From NCBI RefSeq assembly GCF_000723185.1, contig NZ_CBTY010000008.1, positions 202,677 through 234,676 of the forward strand: DNA of 32,000 bases. Direction: 5' to 3'. Below are positions 24,529-32,000 of this stretch, piece after piece; positions within the stretch are counted from its first letter, which is position 1, and each line of letters begins with the position of its first letter. Source of the stretch: Candidatus Nitrosotenuis uzonensis. GTDB taxonomy: Archaea > Thermoproteota > Nitrososphaeria > Nitrososphaerales > Nitrosopumilaceae. Under the pieces are notes generated by a model, which was not told the DNA's origin, ran no database searches, and saw nothing but the letters and a program-made list of their open reading frames with translations. The position numbers and the translations under genes were made by a program.

Positions 24529-25224
24529 ATGATGTTATTTTTGTTGAGATCGTGGTTTTTTTCAGCAACCGATACGGGCGTCGGAAAGACTACTGTTACC
24601 GCTGCTTGCGCGCGTATTCTCAGGACAAAGGGGATCAACGTTGGAATAATGAAACCATATGCGTCAGGAGTTGCGCGGCAATCTGGCTACAAATCCGAAG
24701 ATGTGGCCATTCTGGCAGATGCTGCTGGAGTATCTGATGATGAGGACCTTGTAAATCCATATTTTTTCCCTATTGCGGCATCGCCATACACTGCTGCTGC
24801 CAAGCTTGGTATATCAATTGACACTGACAGTGTGTTGGCAAAATTTGAAAGATTGCAAGCATCTTACGATATTCTACTAGTGGAGGGCATAGGAGGAGTA
24901 CTCACACCGATAACTAAAGACTACTTTGTTGCCGATCTGATAAAAAATCTGGGTCTTGATGTAATTCTTGTCTGCAGCTCACGCATAGGTACGATCAATC
25001 ACACACTGCTTAGCTGCACAACATGCGCCAAATACGGAATACGGGTAAGAGGATTGGTGATAAACGAGGTAGAGAAAGGATATGATCTATCTGAGCTACA
25101 GTCTGATCTTCTGAATCTAAGCGGTATTGATACTGTGTGTATAATACCACACATGAAAAATCCCAGCATGTTTGAAACATCCCAGATAATCAAAGACAGT
25201 AAACTTATCTCGATTCTGTCATGA
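24529..25224 (+). CDS. bioD: Dethiobiotin synthetase
   Basis: P-loop ATDTGVGKTTVTAA and VEGIGGVLTPI. The start could be the ATG at 24529 or the TTG at 24541/24544. Confidence 0.88.
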   Translation: MMLFLLRSWFFSATDTGVGKTTVTAACARILRTKGINVGIMKPYASGVARQSGYKSEDVAILADAAGVSDDEDLVNPYFFPIAASPYTAAAKLGISIDTDSVLAKFERLQASYDILLVEGIGGVLTPITKDYFVADLIKNLGLDVILVCSSRIGTINHTLLSCTTCAKYGIRVRGLVINEVEKGYDLSELQSDLLNLSGIDTVCIIPHMKNPSMFETSQIIKDSKLISILS

Positions 25225-25779
25225 CACCTTGAATATTCGGAACTTTGAAGAAGGCCCGGAACTGGCAAAGCCTCGTATGTCCTCTAGTATGTCAGAAAAA
25301 TTCCTATTGGCATCTACTGTGTATGTCCTGTTGGGCATATTGTGAGTGTTCTTTGAGACCAGCCATATGTTTTCACTTGCAGGCTGTATCTTTTTGAGCT
25401 GCTCAAGTGAGGTTCTGATTACAGATATGTCATCATCTCTTACAAAGAACAAGATCAGTGTCTTCTGCGGATTGGATGCAAGAACGCGCGCATCTGGAAT
25501 TACTATGTCAACACAGACTCCATTAACAGTTATTTTTCTCTGACTTGGTATCAATGCATTTGTTAGCAGATAGTGCAAAAAACTCTCTGCAAACGCGGCA
25601 ATTCCCTTAGAATCATTCCTGCCGATATTGGCAATTTTGGGGATGCAGTCGCTGAGAATTGACATTATGAAGTTTTTAGAGTCTTTTGATATTGCAGCTC
25701 GAAGCTCGCTTTCTGTCAGAGAATCTATTCTTGCGTATAGTATTTCCTTAATTGGTGATGTCCAATCATCGCTTGACAA
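25219..25779 (-). CDS. Hypothetical protein (186 aa), co-directional with and 13 nt downstream of HMG-CoA synthase
   Basis: TTG-initiated ORF with no recognisable family. Alternating strand/helix-like pattern (VDIVIPD, LILFFVRDDD). Confidence 0.55.
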   Translation of the reverse strand: MSSDDWTSPIKEILYARIDSLTESELRAAISKDSKNFIMSILSDCIPKIANIGRNDSKGIAAFAESFLHYLLTNALIPSQRKITVNGVCVDIVIPDARVLASNPQKTLILFFVRDDDISVIRTSLEQLKKIQPASENIWLVSKNTHNMPNRTYTVDANRNFSDILEDIRGFASSGPSSKFRIFKVS

Positions 25780-25792
25780 TCTCTTGTCCTGC

Positions 25793-27187
25793 TTATTGGC
25801 AGAACGCGTATTTGCGCTCGCCCTTGCTTTCTGGGCTATTCTCTATTCCAACTAGCACGAACTCGTTTTTGGGATCAAGGAGACTTTGGCTTGGCGCTCG
25901 CCTGTTCTCATGAATTTCCTCATAATCGTGCAGTGAAAGCTTTATCCTCTCGCCAATCTCTGCCTCCAAGTTCATATTTTTGACGATTTCCTTGTATGTG
26001 GGCTGGATGATGCCTGAGAATACCATGGCACTACTTCCGCTTCCATATGAGCCAAACCCAAATCGCTTTCCCTCAAGGTCTACTCCCTTCTGGAACTCGA
26101 ACTCAAGGCAGCTCCTAAAACCAAGATAGAGAGATGCAGTATACAAATTTCCAATCATTGATGATGCAATAAGCGAGCTAGCAAGCTTGTCTTCGTAGAA
26201 CGCCTGGTATTCTTTTGTTCTTGTAAACAGCTTGGTAAACTCGTGATCCTTTGCCATGTATTCTTCATCTGCAAGAATGGACTCTATAGTGCCACGTGGA
26301 TCCTTCGGGACTGGCTCCTCCATGCCTGTCTGCTCTATGATTCTTTTCCATCTTGGCAGGTTTCTCCACTCTCTTCTCAGAAGATATGAAAGCGCCTTTT
26401 TACCCATGTTTGAGTATGGAAGATGCATGCACAGATAATCTATATGATCAAGTATTGTCTCGCCATCCCTAATCTTTATGAGGCCTGTCTCAAGGGCCTT
26501 TTTCTTGTATGCCTCAAATGCCTTTTTTACTTGAATAAGGTATAGTAGATTGGAATACTGGCCGTGGACAATCGGTGTTTCCTTTCCAAATGGTCTGTAG
26601 AAATCATACTCATTTTTAATCGACGTCGATGTAACCTTGGGATCAAACTGCATCAGTCTTGGGTTGTCATTAAGAAGCATGGCAATTGCCCCTGCGCCTT
26701 GCGTATATTCACCACTGGAACCCATATCGTATTTGGCAATGTCGGAGACTACAACTATGGCGTACTTGCCTTCTGACTCTCCAGCCCTTATCCAATTGGC
26801 ATTATCGTATAGGGCATACGAGCCTGACACGCAAGCAAACTTACATTCTATGCCTCCGCAGTGCTCAAATGAGCCATCACCATATACTTGCTCGAGCATT
26901 CCTATTACATACGAATTTAGTGCTTTTGACTCATCAAGTGCTGATTCTGTGGCCACATACAGTCTGCCAACTTCATGAGGGGAAAGATTGTTTCTCTGCA
27001 TTAGCTTCAGGCATGCGTTTGCAGCTAGGCAGGCAGGATCTTGATTGGTATCAACTATTGCCATCTTTGAGATTCCCAGCCCCTGCTTGAGTTTTGCAGG
27101 ATCCAATCCCCTTGCCATTGCAAAGTCGGCCGAGTCGACAAACAGTCTTGGAATGAACAATGCTATGTCATCAATACCTACTGCCAT
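25793..27187 (-). CDS. Hydroxymethylglutaryl-CoA synthase (long, bacterial/eukaryotic-like form)
   Basis: 464 aa. VGIDDIALFIPRLFVDSADFAMARGLDPAKLKQGLGISKMAI, ...ATESALDESKA..., FACVSGSYAL (catalytic Cys region) and YGSGS near the C-terminal part resemble MvaS/HMGCS. Confidence 0.85.
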   Translation of the reverse strand: MAVGIDDIALFIPRLFVDSADFAMARGLDPAKLKQGLGISKMAIVDTNQDPACLAANACLKLMQRNNLSPHEVGRLYVATESALDESKALNSYVIGMLEQVYGDGSFEHCGGIECKFACVSGSYALYDNANWIRAGESEGKYAIVVVSDIAKYDMGSSGEYTQGAGAIAMLLNDNPRLMQFDPKVTSTSIKNEYDFYRPFGKETPIVHGQYSNLLYLIQVKKAFEAYKKKALETGLIKIRDGETILDHIDYLCMHLPYSNMGKKALSYLLRREWRNLPRWKRIIEQTGMEEPVPKDPRGTIESILADEEYMAKDHEFTKLFTRTKEYQAFYEDKLASSLIASSMIGNLYTASLYLGFRSCLEFEFQKGVDLEGKRFGFGSYGSGSSAMVFSGIIQPTYKEIVKNMNLEAEIGERIKLSLHDYEEIHENRRAPSQSLLDPKNEFVLVGIENSPESKGERKYAFCQ

Positions 27188-27349
27188 GAGCTTCCCCTCG
27201 CAATTTTGAATATAAGGGTTGTTAGCTAAATCTGTTCTACTTTTGTGTTATTCTGTACAAATTTAAAAAATTTTGCATAACAAGAATACATCTGAACAAA
27301 TTTTTATACCTGTTTTACAGTTTTATTGCAATTCAATAGAATTTGTCAA

Positions 27350-27910
27350 CTATGGATCGCAAATCCAACCTTCCATGATCTGACCTTTATCTACATATTC
27401 GCCAATGCCCGTGGCATAGCGCCACACCTTCTTGGCGTCTGTAGGCATCGCTGATTTTATTTTCAATAATGCTATTTTCTCGTCCGCAAGATTACCATCG
27501 GCAGTGCCACACTGTTGACAAAACTTGCACTTTGCATCAAGCATAATCGGATGTGCCTCTATTACGGGGTAGGCCCTACAGGCAAGTGGCCTATCCTGAT
27601 AAATCTTGCATGGGAAACCTCCATGAGGGGATCTTTTACCTGAGGCTGTGTCAAGAAACGGACATGTGTTGCCATTCTCATCGATTCCCATCATCTGGTA
27701 TGCAATTGTCTTTTCAGGTCCAAAGTCACCGTTTGAGATCCCTATGCGCGGCAATATTCTTACATCAGTATGATGTTCTTTTGCAAGCATCTTGATTTTT
27801 TCCACCTCGTCTGGGAGAATAAGCACTCCTATCTTGCCATATTTTTTTGACGGGTAGTACTCTCTTTCTATACAACATTGAGAACAGTCTTTAACACATT
27901 CAAAGTCCAT
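27350..27910 (-). CDS. YkgJ-family (CxxCxxCC, UPF0153) cysteine-cluster protein
   Basis: N-terminal CVKDCSQCC motif plus downstream C-rich segments (CPFL, CKIY, CRAYP, CKFCQQC). Confidence 0.7.
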   Translation of the reverse strand: MDFECVKDCSQCCIEREYYPSKKYGKIGVLILPDEVEKIKMLAKEHHTDVRILPRIGISNGDFGPEKTIAYQMMGIDENGNTCPFLDTASGKRSPHGGFPCKIYQDRPLACRAYPVIEAHPIMLDAKCKFCQQCGTADGNLADEKIALLKIKSAMPTDAKKVWRYATGIGEYVDKGQIMEGWICDP

Positions 27911-27939
27911 GTAGTCTTTGTGTTTTTATTGCAATAAAA

Positions 27940-28680
27940 CTAGTTGTTTTTAAGCTCTGGAGATTCCAGCACGTTGACAAAAACCTCGTACGGCTGAGCC
28001 CCTGGAATTCTAACTATTCTATTATTCTCCCCTATTATGAAAAACCCCGGAGTTCCAGTCAGGCCAAGCTTTCTTGCATCTTCTGAGCTTGCCTCTATGA
28101 GCGAATAGAACTTGCCACTTGCCATGCATTCTTTGAACGCAGATTCATCAAGGCCCACTTTTTGTGCGAATTTGTACTGGTTTTCCTCGGAGGCCCATCC
28201 ATTATTCTCTCCGTCCCAGTTGTTGTATAGCGTATCGTGGTATTCCCAGAACATTTCCTGCTCGCCTGCGCAGTGTGCAGCATGAGCTGCTGTGACCGAG
28301 TCTTGACCTATTATGGTAAAGTCCTTGAAGATCATCTTTGCCTTACCCGTCTTGATGTAGTTATCATAAATCATGCCTTCGGTATCATGGAAGAACTTGT
28401 TGCAGAAAAAGCATTGATAATCTCCAAACTCAACAATAGTTATTGGAGCGTCGGCGTTTCCAAGATACGGAGATCCATTATCATACAAAACTGACATTGT
28501 TATTGCTTGGGGTGATTCCTGGCGCAGTGTATCTTGCTCCTTTTCTGCTTCTGACTGTTCTATATTGGAGGTGGTGAACACCGCTTCGTTTGCCATTTCC
28601 TCCATCACGTAAAAGATGCCAATTATTGCGACTGCTGCAATTACAGCTCCTATTGCCAGTGAGGGTGCATGGATTGTCAT
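27940..28680 (-). CDS. Membrane-anchored DsbA-family thioredoxin-fold protein
   Basis: N-terminal TM helix. PITIVEFGDYQCFFCNKF (CxxC) and C-terminal GLTGTPGFFI (cis-Pro loop) are typical of DsbA-like/Thioredoxin_4 proteins. Confidence 0.8.
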   Translation of the reverse strand: MTIHAPSLAIGAVIAAVAIIGIFYVMEEMANEAVFTTSNIEQSEAEKEQDTLRQESPQAITMSVLYDNGSPYLGNADAPITIVEFGDYQCFFCNKFFHDTEGMIYDNYIKTGKAKMIFKDFTIIGQDSVTAAHAAHCAGEQEMFWEYHDTLYNNWDGENNGWASEENQYKFAQKVGLDESAFKECMASGKFYSLIEASSEDARKLGLTGTPGFFIIGENNRIVRIPGAQPYEVFVNVLESPELKNN

Positions 28681-28779
28681 CGATTTTTCTCAATTCATAG
28701 GTGGATTTAGCCCTTTAGTTACTGTCCGACCGATCTGAACACAACCAAGTTAATCTAAAATAAAGCCAAAAATCCGTTA

Positions 28780-28986
28780 TTGTCTGAAAAAATATGGCAT
28801 CTTGCAGTCGTTGCCGCACTCTCAAGTCTCCTAATCCTTGCATATTTTACACTGATGCCAATCCTTGACAAACAAGGCACTGTGGAACAGACTCAAGCAG
28901 GACTTGAGAAAGCAGTCAAGAAATTTGATGAGCTCAGAGAAGAGCATGCCAGTATCAAGACGCTGGATGGTTCTGGCCAGCAATAA
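28780..28986 (+). CDS. Possible small membrane protein (68 aa)
   Basis: TTG-initiated ORF with one hydrophobic helix (HLAVVAALSSLLILAYFTLMPIL) and a charged tail. Ends 31 nt before the GAPDH-like ATG. Confidence 0.35.
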   Translation: MSEKIWHLAVVAALSSLLILAYFTLMPILDKQGTVEQTQAGLEKAVKKFDELREEHASIKTLDGSGQQ

Positions 28987-29017
28987 TCTAAATAAATGCC
29001 ACACCTTGGTGGAAAAC

Positions 29018-30070
29018 ATGAAGCGAGTTTTTATCAATGGGTATGGTTCCATTGGAAGTCGCCTTGCCCAGTTTATCAAAGACGATCCTGAGATTACCGT
29101 AGTAGGCGTGGGAAAATATTCTCCAGATGATAAAGTTCAGGACGCAATATCTCGAGGATTTGATGTTTATGTGCCTGAAAAAAAGATTGACTCTTTTAAA
29201 AATTACAAGATAAAAGGAACTATCGAGTCAGCAGTAGCAAGTTCCGATCTAGTAGTTGATGCAGCACCTGGCGGCACCGGATATGTGAACAAAAAACAGC
29301 TGTATGAACCAAAGAATGTCATGGCAATATACCAAGGCGGCGAGTCCGTCTTTGGCGATGAGCGTGTCTCGGATTTACTGTTTAATTCACGCGTCAACTA
29401 CAAGGAAGCCTTTGGTAAAAGACACGTAATGCAAGGAAGCTGTAATGTGACTGGAATGGGAAGAATCCTCCAGCCTCTGCGTGAAAAGTACGGCTCACAA
29501 ATAGTTCGCTTTGATGGAATACTTGTCAGACGATGGGCAGATTTAGAGCAGACTGAAAAGACAGTTCCTGACACTATCGAATGGACGCCTAACCCACACC
29601 ATGGGGACGACGTAAAGTTTTACATGGGAGAAAAGACGCCACTGTTTTTACAAGTCATCAAGGTACCTACAAGACAGATGCATCTGCACATAATGAATAT
29701 CCGGTTCAAGGATATTGCACCAAAACCTGATGAAATCTTGGATCTTTTCAAAAATGAGTATGGCGTTGCGACGTTGTGGACTGCAAAGGGAACAAAACAA
29801 ATTCGCGATGCAGCCGAATCAATGAAATTCAGCTTCAAAGACACCAACATGATACACATTCACGCAAATATGCTAGAGTGTATCGGTGATACCGTGAAGA
29901 TGATGTACTCTGATGATCAAACGGGGATAGTGATACCTGAAAACCATATCCTCATGCAAGCTATGTTATTCCAAAAACCATACGAAGAAGCATTTGCTCA
30001 CACAGAAAGTCTGTTCCACATGGCAGAAAAGAAACGACTACTAGAAGAATACTTTGCAAAGAAAGTCTAG
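29018..30070 (+). CDS. gap: Type II (archaeal) glyceraldehyde-3-phosphate dehydrogenase-like NAD(P)-dependent dehydrogenase
   Basis: MKRVFINGYGSIGSRLAQF Rossmann N-terminus and GSCNVTGMGRIL (compare the archaeal GAPDH SCNTTGL active-site Cys). The ATG at 29018 gives 350 aa; the longer ORF-track start adds a non-homologous 51-aa extension. Confidence 0.7.
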   Translation: MKRVFINGYGSIGSRLAQFIKDDPEITVVGVGKYSPDDKVQDAISRGFDVYVPEKKIDSFKNYKIKGTIESAVASSDLVVDAAPGGTGYVNKKQLYEPKNVMAIYQGGESVFGDERVSDLLFNSRVNYKEAFGKRHVMQGSCNVTGMGRILQPLREKYGSQIVRFDGILVRRWADLEQTEKTVPDTIEWTPNPHHGDDVKFYMGEKTPLFLQVIKVPTRQMHLHIMNIRFKDIAPKPDEILDLFKNEYGVATLWTAKGTKQIRDAAESMKFSFKDTNMIHIHANMLECIGDTVKMMYSDDQTGIVIPENHILMQAMLFQKPYEEAFAHTESLFHMAEKKRLLEEYFAKKV

Positions 30071-31317
30071 TTCTTTATCTTCTGTATTCTGACCTTTTCC
30101 GGCATGTTCTTTGTTACTTTTTCGACGGTTATCTTAAGAGAGTCAATCTCGATTTTGTCGCCTTCTTGGGGTATATCTTTTAGCTTTTCATGCAACAGTC
30201 CACTAAGTGATGCATAGTTATCCCCCACTGGCACATTCGTCTTGAAAATCTTGTTTATTTTGTTGATGTCAATATCACCTGTAGTTATTATGGTGTTCTC
30301 ATCCACTTTCTGATACTCGAAAAGCGGTATGTCGGATTCGTCTTCAATCTCACCGACGATCTCTTCGAGCAGGTCTTCTAATGTGACAAGTCCTTCTATT
30401 CCGCCAAATTCGTCTACTACTATTGCCATGTGTGTCTTTCTTCCTTTCATCTCCTTTAGTAGTGAGCTTACCATCTTTTCCTGAGATACAAAGACTGGTT
30501 CTCTTGAGATCTTTTGTAGTGGGATCATCTTGTTGTCCTTTTCCAGCTCTATTAGGACGTCTCTGACGTGTACAAAGCCAACTATATCGTCTTTGTTTGA
30601 GCCGTAGATTGGTATTCTGGAATGCCCGTTGTGATTGATTATTGGTAATGCTTCAAAGAGCATCATCTTTGCGGGCAGGGTGAACATTTTAGTTCTGGGA
30701 GTCATAACTGCGCGTACGACTGTGTCGTCAAATTTCAGTGCACCGTGAACTAGCTCTCGCTCATCATGTTCTATTGCCTTATCTGTGAGCCCTTGGTCGA
30801 TTACGCCCTTTATCTCTTCTTCCGTTAATGGCGGAGGAAGGTAGCTGCTCCCAGTGAGCTTGACTATGCCTTTAGTAATTGCCTCAAGCATTTTCACGAC
30901 GGGATAAAAAATATAGCTGAATGCTAAAAGTACTGGCGCGAACCTGAGTGCTATCTTGGTGGCGTTTGCATTACAGTATGTCTTTGGTGTGATTTCACCG
31001 AAGACAAGAATGAGAAATGTCATAACTCCTACTGCTATACCAAGACCGTCATTGCCAAAAATTCTGATTGCTATACTGGTTGCAAGTGCTGATGATCCAA
31101 CATTTACCATGTTGTTCCCCAAGTTGACGCTTGACATCATCCATCCTGGGTTGTTCTTTAGTTTGTGTAACGCTTTTGCCCCCTTGGCTTTCTCATTTAG
31201 CAGTTTTAGAATTGTGGATTTTCTGATACTGACCAGCGCTACCTCAAGGCCGCTAAAAAAGGCAGAAAGTCCAATTAGAATTGCAAGCAGTACTATTTCT
31301 AATGTTAAATCTGCCAT
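30067..31317 (-). CDS. CNNM/DUF21-CBS-CorC_HlyC family divalent-cation transporter (hemolysin-like)
   Basis: N-terminal DUF21 TM region (FFSGLEVALVS), a CBS pair (VMTPRTKMFTL..., HSRIPIY, HMAIVVDEFGG) and a C-terminal CorC domain. Confidence 0.85.
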   Translation of the reverse strand: MADLTLEIVLLAILIGLSAFFSGLEVALVSIRKSTILKLLNEKAKGAKALHKLKNNPGWMMSSVNLGNNMVNVGSSALATSIAIRIFGNDGLGIAVGVMTFLILVFGEITPKTYCNANATKIALRFAPVLLAFSYIFYPVVKMLEAITKGIVKLTGSSYLPPPLTEEEIKGVIDQGLTDKAIEHDERELVHGALKFDDTVVRAVMTPRTKMFTLPAKMMLFEALPIINHNGHSRIPIYGSNKDDIVGFVHVRDVLIELEKDNKMIPLQKISREPVFVSQEKMVSSLLKEMKGRKTHMAIVVDEFGGIEGLVTLEDLLEEIVGEIEDESDIPLFEYQKVDENTIITTGDIDINKINKIFKTNVPVGDNYASLSGLLHEKLKDIPQEGDKIEIDSLKITVEKVTKNMPEKVRIQKIKN

Positions 31318-31481
31318 CTACTTCTCCCCAAGAACATATTTGAATAACACTTTTTGTTATTCATCTACTGCTGTATCCACCACATTTTTAGATGTTAATT
31401 TTTTCCAAGACTGTCTTTTAAGGATTAGCGTAGCAGTAAATTATTTCGTATTTAAGGCAAAGCGTATTGGTATGTTGCTGA

Positions 31482-32000
31482 CTAGCCACGTGGAGGTATT
31501 GCAAATCTGTTTTGCGGATTATTGTGATAATCTACTGGCAGACTGGAATCCTTCTGCCTCCCAGTCAATATCCCAACTACCACATCGTCTTTTTTGATTA
31601 CTTCTTTTTCTATGAGCTTTTTTATTCCCGCGGGAGATGCACCAGATGCCATCTCACAATCAAATCCATTTAGACCTACTATGGACATACCATCCATCAT
31701 TTCCGCATCTGAGACTTTTTCAACTATGCCATTGGTAAACTCAAGTGCTCTGAGTCCTTTGAGTATGTTTGCAGGCCTGCCTATCTGTATTGCAGTTGCT
31801 TTTGTCTTAGGCCTGATTCCTTTACTGTCAAGGTGCTTGTAGTATCTTTCAATCAGGCCGGTGTCTGGGCTGCCTTTATTCCATCTAAGCTCTGTTTCCT
31901 CAAAATTGCCGTTATACAAATCGTAGAGTGTGCTTGCGCCTTCTGAATTTATGACTGCAATTCTTGGAATTTTCTTTATCCATCCCCATTCGTATAACTC
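31482..32000 (-). CDS. thrC: Threonine synthase, C-terminal part (gene runs off the window end)
   Basis: The reading frame stays open to nt 32000 (my translation: ELYEWGWIKKIPRIAVINSEGASTLYDLY...). ATAIQIGRPAN, VSDAEMMDGM and ASPAGIKKLIE...VGILTGRQKD match the PLP fold-type II ThrC C-terminus. The TTG at 31919 in the ORF track is probably internal. Confidence 0.8.
   Translation of the reverse strand, partial: ELYEWGWIKKIPRIAVINSEGASTLYDLYNGNFEETELRWNKGSPDTGLIERYYKHLDSKGIRPKTKATAIQIGRPANILKGLRALEFTNGIVEKVSDAEMMDGMSIVGLNGFDCEMASGASPAGIKKLIEKEVIKKDDVVVGILTGRQKDSSLPVDYHNNPQNRFAIPPRG

Noticed and set aside
25793-27187. The HMGCS-like gene acting as a BioZ-like condensing enzyme that supplies the pimeloyl moiety to the adjacent bio cluster.
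   Set aside because: The sequence looks like bona fide HMG-CoA synthase, which is required for archaeal isoprenoid lipids. It is convergent to bioD rather than part of the bio operon. There is no sequence-based support.
28865-29017. 51-codon N-terminal extension of the GAPDH-like ORF (ORF-track start at 28865).
   Set aside because: The Rossmann motif INGYGSIG begins right after the ATG at 29018. The extension is not GAPDH-like and overlaps the separate small ORF 28780-28986 in another frame.
30956-31597. 213-aa plus-strand ORF overlapping the CNNM transporter 5' region and the intergenic gap.
   Set aside because: It is antisense to a well-supported gene, and its hydrophobic low-complexity sequence mirrors the TM-coding strand.
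1-32000. CRISPR arrays, transposases/IS elements, integrases, restriction-modification, toxin-antitoxin or other recognisable defence systems.
   Set aside because: I saw no regularly spaced direct repeats and no ORFs with the corresponding signatures on either strand. The only repeat families are the palindromes at 14.4-16.6 kb and the inverted repeats at 15.5-15.7 kb.

Overview
This is an AT-rich archaeal chromosome segment. Gene content points to an ammonia-oxidising thaumarchaeon (Nitrosopumilales-like), but that is an inference: an ESCRT-III/CdvB gene, an archaeal r-protein operon containing eS4 and RNase P Rpp29, proteasome alpha, a type II GAPDH-like gene and a biotin cluster. No database search was possible.

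Layout:
- 0.1-2.3 kb: a Cache-like sensor fused to a metzincin protease, plus a small membrane protein.
- 2.3-6.4 kb: housekeeping genes (purC, an ArsR-type regulator, DUF371, psmA, a SPOUT/DUF171 methyltransferase).
- 6.5-14.3 kb: 16 tightly packed ribosomal protein genes plus Rpp29 (uL3 to uL6). uL2 is missing from its usual slot, and the operon ends early at tRNA-Asn.
- 14.3-18.2 kb: an accessory-looking islet. It holds a 25-nt palindromic repeat in four copies, a ~490-bp non-coding island with 37-nt inverted repeats, two paralogous small secreted Cys-pair peptides, a Nudix hydrolase, DUF1428, a zinc-ribbon protein and three uncharacterised ORFs.
- 18.2-20.8 kb: cdvB and a split DipZ-like CcdA/thioredoxin pair.
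- 21.0-25.2 kb: bioF-bioB-bioA, divergent from bioD.
- 25.2-32 kb: a long-form HMG-CoA synthase with an unknown downstream ORF, YkgJ-like and DsbA-like proteins, a GAPDH-like dehydrogenase, a CNNM/CorC transporter, and thrC truncated at the window end.

Several genes appear to use TTG starts, and many have a TATA-like box about 25-30 nt upstream of the start codon, which suggests leaderless mRNAs. I saw no CRISPR array, transposase, integrase or recognisable defence system. The best candidates for something undescribed are the Cache-metzincin fusion, the palindrome family together with the secreted peptide pair, and the structured non-coding island. All of these are hypotheses from sequence reading only.
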